DNA of 64,000 nt from Candidatus Nanoarchaeia archaeon (lineage in GTDB: Archaea > Nanobdellota > Nanobdellia > Jingweiarchaeales > Jingweiarchaeaceae): NCBI GenBank assembly GCA_038874075.1, contig JAVZDD010000001.1:8701-72700 (forward strand), read 5' to 3'. The position numbers and the translations under genes are program-made. Position 1 is the stretch's first letter. Every line of letters starts with the position of its first letter. This document shows positions 61,301 to 64,000 of this stretch, piece after piece. The notes beneath the pieces are model-generated. The model was not told the DNA's origin and did not search any database. It saw only the letters and a list, made by a program, of their open reading frames with translations.

Positions 61301-64000
61301 GACAGTAGGTACTTGGATCAAGACAATAATTATCATTAACAAGTGTGTTCATCCAATAAATCTTGTACATGCCAACAGCGCATATTTCTCCGCCATCTGT
61401 TGCTGCGAGTGTTATTGGTGTCTGACTCGTTATCCATTTCGGATAGCCACCTTGTCCTTCAACTAGTGGTTGACCATATGTCTTGGTTGTTGTTGGTGGG
61501 ACTGTATCCACTTTATCAATTTCTACATGGATTTGTTCTGTATTGCCTAAAACATCCACACAATAATACTCTAATGTGTGTACAGAATCTTCTGGGAAGG
61601 TGAATTCTACATTACCATCTTCATCAACAAACCATTGTGTAAATTGACCATCATCGACTTTATATCTCCAATAAACTTTAACATGATTTGATGGGTGTGG
61701 TTCTTGGTCAACGCAATCTAATGTTATTTTTGTCTGTTGCGTTATCCAATAATCACAACCTTGGCTTTCTCCACATTCTATCTTTGGTTCCCCTATTATC
61801 TTTGTTGTTACGGGTGCTTTATCATCAACAATATCCAATTCAAAATGATGATTCTCTTCCCATCCGCAGCCATCTACTGCCCAGTATTCTATTAAATGGT
61901 AAGACTCTTTGCTCAATGTGATTGTCACGTCTTGGTTTTCTTCACCCATACCTTCCTGATCCAATAGCCATTGATCATTTGGATTGACCTTGTAGTAAAC
62001 TTTCCAATATATTTTTGTCTTGTCTGCATGCTCTCCTGTTTTTTGTGGGTCAGGGTCTTCAGCATGAAGTGTTATTTGAGTCCCTGTTTTCACAAATTGA
62101 CACCCATTTGTTAATTGAATACCTTGAGGTAGATTAGCGGCTGTTATTTCATCACTTGTGCATTCATGCGATACTCCTCCTGCAGGAATCAAAGTTTTAG
62201 TTGTTATTGGGGCAAGCGTGTCTCTGACAAATGAAACACCCAGACACTCAGAAATCTTTCCCCAATTCTCTGCTGTGTCCTTTCCTCTTAATCTTATGTA
62301 ATGTGTTCCATCTGATAACTTACTTGCATCAACGAAAGCACCTATGTATGCACATTTGTAACCATCCCACCTCGTGAAGTTATAAGAAGTGTCCATCCAA
62401 ATTCCGCTCCAAGGAGCTGGAATTGGTGGTATCACAACATCAATAAAGTATTCTCCACCTTGGATCTTTGATTCTTGATCACAAACTGTTGCATTGAGCC
62501 ATGTATTATTTCCACAAATCAAGTATTCATTCGGATATAGAACATTATCTAAGTAAATATCATAAGCACAATCTGGTGGGAGTATGTCCTCTTCAAAATA
62601 GGTACATTCACAGTTACCCCAATTCCCAGCATTATCTTGTGCTCTCACACAAACCCAATTCACTCCATCACTCTTAAAAACAATGTTCTTCTTCAAAAGG
62701 TATTCTACTAATTTGTCTAAATCAAAACTACCATCATCCGCTGGATATATCGTGCCTTTAACAGGTGCCTCGGGGTCGCATGAGGCATAGGAATCCGGAC
62801 CAACGAAAAATTCAGCTGTTTTTATCACTGTACAAGTATCCTCTGTCTTGGCTGTTAAGTTGAATACTCCATTGTTGTAATGTGGAGTCACGACAACATT
62901 CGAAGTTGTTGGACCAATCGTGTCTCTTGGACCCAATAACGGATCACAATAATCATTGCAACCCATTCCACTCGTTAATAAGCCACAACCATTCTCTGTA
63001 CATGTTTGATATCCATAATAACATATCCCATCTTTTACCGTGCCAGGTTCCGGACAATATTGAGAGTCGCGATAGTCACATACACACTCAGTATCACAAC
63101 TTCCACTATAATAGCAAGTATCATCAATTATCTTGGGTTGACATTCTATTCCAAAACCATCACACTCAGCTGAACAAGTTCTTATGCCATTGCCTATTGG
63201 TATTACTGGACCACCATCCTGCCCATCAGAATCAGCACAAGTGTGGGAAATTTCTTGTTGTTTTGGAACACATTCAAGTATTTTCAGGTTACACTCACCA
63301 GGCACCTCTGGCCTATAATCAAATGTTAGTAAGTAATTGTCTGGGTTATAATCGCACACTGCTATTTCAGGATAAAAGTATGGTTCACCAAAAGATTCAC
63401 AATCTGAATCGCTTGAACAACAAAAATTTCCATTAGTTCCATTTTTTCCTATACAGTCTAAGTCAGCGCAGTCTATGTAACCATCACAATCATTATCATA
63501 ACCATCAGTACAGTTTGTCTCAAGAGGTGCTGGTTCTTCATTCCATATCAAGGTGAATAAGCCACCTGTTTCAAAACATATAAGTTTAACTCCTCCACAT
63601 TCCTTTTCAAAGCATGAAGGACACTCTATGCTCCCGCACGTCCAATTTTTACTACAGGGTTTCTTACCCACTACATAACAACCATTAGGCCCGCAAGAGT
63701 AGTCATCTCCCCATTCTTGAATCTCTCCTGTTCCGACACCGATGCATTCTATACCAGTAGTGCAATCTAATTCGTCACAGTCTTGCGTATCGCTATACTG
63801 GCAAGTACAATCTTGTAAACATGTTCCACTATGATACCAAACATTTCCAACACACTCACCTTCACAATCGTCATTTGAATCACACTCAGCATCACATTTC
63901 TCTACGCTACAAGTGTGTGTTATTGTTGGGTCTCCTTGCGTGCACGCATCCTTATTTTCATCACAAACGCTTATGAAAGCATTTCTAAAATCCCAAGTTG
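55326..64000 (-). CDS. Third giant secreted/surface Cys-rich repeat protein (>2890 aa), N-terminus beyond the window edge
   Basis: ORF called 55326-63671 from a GTG; reading frame stays open on the minus strand to base 64000. Cys-rich N-terminal region with acidic DNDCDGYIDCADLDC (TSP3/Ca-binding-like) motif. More than ten repeats of a ~110-130 aa beta-sandwich-like domain (recurring PP...TK..G.P and HxxEYYCVDxLGN motifs). No C-terminal TM. Confidence 0.8.
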   Translation of the reverse strand, partial: TWDFRNAFISVCDENKDACTQGDPTITHTCSVEKCDAECDSNDDCEGECVGNVWYHSGTCLQDCTCQYSDTQDCDELDCTTGIECIGVGTGEIQEWGDDYSCGPNGCYVVGKKPCSKNWTCGSIECPSCFEKECGGVKLICFETGGLFTLIWNEEPAPLETNCTDGYDNDCDGYIDCADLDCIGKNGTNGNFCCSSDSDCESFGEPYFYPEIAVCDYNPDNYLLTFDYRPEVPGECNLKILECVPKQQEISHTCADSDGQDGGPVIPIGNGIRTCSAECDGFGIECQPKIIDDTCYYSGSCDTECVCDYRDSQYCPEPGTVKDGICYYGYQTCTENGCGLLTSGMGCNDYCDPLLGPRDTIGPTTSNVVVTPHYNNGVFNLTAKTEDTCTVIKTAEFFVGPDSYASCDPEAPVKGTIYPADDGSFDLDKLVEYLLKKNIVFKSDGVNWVCVRAQDNAGNWGNCECTYFEEDILPPDCAYDIYLDNVLYPNEYLICGNNTWLNATVCDQESKIQGGEYFIDVVIPPIPAPWSGIWMDTSYNFTRWDGYKCAYIGAFVDASKLSDGTHYIRLRGKDTAENWGKISECLGVSFVRDTLAPITTKTLIPAGGVSHECTSDEITAANLPQGIQLTNGCQFVKTGTQITLHAEDPDPQKTGEHADKTKIYWKVYYKVNPNDQWLLDQEGMGEENQDVTITLSKESYHLIEYWAVDGCGWEENHHFELDIVDDKAPVTTKIIGEPKIECGESQGCDYWITQQTKITLDCVDQEPHPSNHVKVYWRYKVDDGQFTQWFVDEDGNVEFTFPEDSVHTLEYYCVDVLGNTEQIHVEIDKVDTVPPTTTKTYGQPLVEGQGGYPKWITSQTPITLAATDGGEICAVGMYKIYWMNTLVNDNYCLDPSTYCQPIHSYESEGWNEYTGPFYKTEQSCHMIEYYSVDLLGNKEPIKTQCVFVENTPPVSQKSLGTPKHECTQEEKTQYGINDCWFMTDETPIELSCADQQPHPVDDVKIHYKIEWKMNWEDNWQTVKEETVGNYIKFYYEDLPNYESYHRLTWYCVDALGNKESEHVELDIVDTKPPVSQKTLDNPKHACTSDEQALYYPNMPNPTDGCYFITQKTLITVSCSDQDPHPVNHVKIYYRDYLVGEQPGDFKEYVVYDNEPLVIYKEKDSAHVLEWYCVDELGNTEQLHVEYDIVDSVPPQGIKTIGEPKIKCESTTFSDNVENGAGEWTATGLWHITEYRSHSPTHSWAYNKESDHNYDTGFENSGELISKDIILGDNSQLTFWSYENTEKLSPYDAREVYVNDGSGWVKVWTSTGPEDQWRQVTIDLSAYTGKNVKIKFRFDTIDSLFNNYEGWYVDDIEITNIKNCDYWVSDKVTTITLDCDDSWDNQVPHPVDHEKMCYRISFDDPQQPWLTTQYCTQFGGTMEGDYCCADVSGESKYTFTFQEDSLHDLEYYCVDALGNQNQVDVEYFRVDSVPPEITKTIVGPHHGDCLPQNPNDVCFIDGITTIDVQMTDPDPTGRGCNVGGVYCEWGYYLDDDYQKFYGWYDKFPISFPEETKHELHIRCWDALGNEMIEDVEVFYVDKTAPTTTKTYGQPLVEGQGGYPKWITSQTPITLTVEDTGPHKSGIKETKYRVTLVDDTYCESQTACEDATGSGDWLTYTGPFKITEDSCHLIEFYSVDNVDKTEQTKRQCVYVDNKPPVSTKYFDGFSKPCDELPCAASGDCDYYIKQNTKIVLTCEDQSPHPVDDVKIYYRYYLDDVLKQDWTLYTEPIQYSEDSKHTLEWYCVDALGNKEDTHTQVERVDTTPPETTKSIGQPQWDNGYWITSQTPITLTALDKQEMCAAGPEKLHYEIWWDSNCDGEVDTKIEEKDIYTDENCNLKTTFYLGEECLHEIRWYAEDALGNVEQEHVQYHKVDNTPPHILILKPVDGWYSDGEDIPIVTLAEDLTNPHGPCENPLSGMCNVGIEDGRQCYAYLIDLLPEFKIVELETDGTLVYNAEAKECQGYATIPNPSGIPDGVVFLAVSVDDNLGNMGNSLGEVYHSIMMQCGCEDGYMENCPPTCIADVIQDIVTIWNLPKIGIDNHAPEVEVTLPFENDLLGSHPIQISADILDSYEGQVTGGITTGTPCYITLGGISLGSVPYDNTNRMCYGTIMVPNDKELPQGEQELKVEIADNAGNIGSDSVMVNVDTIAPALEIQYPENNMFVKGTIDIQVLVDEANVPEPMKIEISTDNGQTWNEVSDCEYIGPSPGYEYKCTYSWDTTTATDGLAYGIIARLTDNVGNTGYSEQVIVIVDNGEPESVAIIRPLNNEYISGSEAAIEIEAVTADAVSGIERVEFYRMVYGEDESEYPELIGLDDSQQDGWMITWMPEQTDTYTIYAVAYDNLGNSLKSRDVRFTYDNVWPSVEIQSPLTPVWKKAGEMLEVSFLCKEDNPKSFKIMVFTGGGGTIVGHIDSEDSSMLYRCYAGTEPITYMVPIYESTPEGTYHLEVYVYDKAGNGKNDIAWGVVKIDNYLPQPVNIGTQNVDNPPYDRDGDYKVIWNGGSDTNFDRFDIEVDGSIVNSVTSPYTGVSSDGMHTYRVRAVDKAGKTTWSEHVNVFVDTYAPSITPDTQYSVPMLGWFVNFTITDLTPSSGLQEPIYSTDATLPPLCYFNSLTKIGYCYVITTLGGGNWLDINIRDNAGWNVTRRIERGVPIDFTPPEIVNSAPGGILDGSEGIMLQVFTNEPATCKFDVLSRSYDTMAYIMNTLEGDGTYHYYELSGLQDGMYAYHVKCKDVAGNVMTNSEMIIFVLDTTGNYNVTINLHAGWNGFFLPRLVLEDIDSLGGDYSVWNVLESISGNYTVIWYYDGTMWKYYNPEWGNNPPPLPWALTEFNDQQNRPYWIYMTQGDRLEIE
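59185..59251 (-). repeat. 67-bp near-identical intragenic repeat, copy 1 (encodes YGQPLVEGQGGYPKWIT)
   Basis: atccatttcggatagccaccttgtccttcaactagtggttgaccatacgtcttggttgttgttggtg recurs at 61432-61498 with one mismatch. Confidence 0.9.
61432..61498 (-). repeat. 67-bp near-identical intragenic repeat, copy 2
   Basis: One mismatch (atacg vs atatg) relative to 59185-59251; flanking sequence within the repeated protein domains is much more diverged. Confidence 0.9.

Overview
This is an AT-rich (roughly one-third GC) archaeal chromosomal segment. Small, frequently overlapping genes, split kae1/bud32 and gene content suggest a DPANN-like or other small-genome archaeon, but lineage cannot be assigned from sequence alone. 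Conserved housekeeping islands are present: (1) rpo7(RpoE')-spt4-S24e-S27ae-kae1; (2) S15-RecJ/GAN-like DHH-S3Ae-CysRS; (3) an isoprenoid ether-lipid cluster IPK-Taw1-tRNA-Gly-HAD-GGR-GGGPS-GGPPS; (4) EndA-Ham1-Maf; (5) LemA-HtpX-DUF2207. These flank a very large accessory surface-protein super-locus. The standout is a 14.6 kb uninterrupted ORF (6517-21105, 4862 aa). It encodes an N-terminal triple-TM anchor, a giant N-glycosylation-sequon-rich extracellular region (DUF2341/LamG-like head, four tandem module triplets, Ig-like repeats, a Cys-rich knot) and a single TM helix. After the TM helix comes a cytoplasmic HerA/FtsK-superfamily (DUF87-type) P-loop ATPase domain and a coiled-coil tail. 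It is followed in the same orientation by a coiled-coil protein, a second giant surface protein (1712 aa) that shares the same extracellular module and has a TM plus cytoplasmic coiled-coil tail, and a MinD/ParA-type ATPase. An antisense coiled-coil protein follows and an AAA+ ATPase lies divergently upstream. A third giant Cys-rich repeat protein (>2890 aa, runs off the window) lies at 55326-64000 on the minus strand. Together these look like a previously undescribed contact/translocation-type cell-surface apparatus. Other findings: near-identical intragenic DNA repeats, a radical-SAM/amidohydrolase/SPASM operon, a CARF-wHTH-like regulator candidate, a degenerate DRG GTPase, and G-rich tracts encoding poly-Gly/poly-Pro. 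No CRISPR array, rRNA, transposase or integrase was seen.
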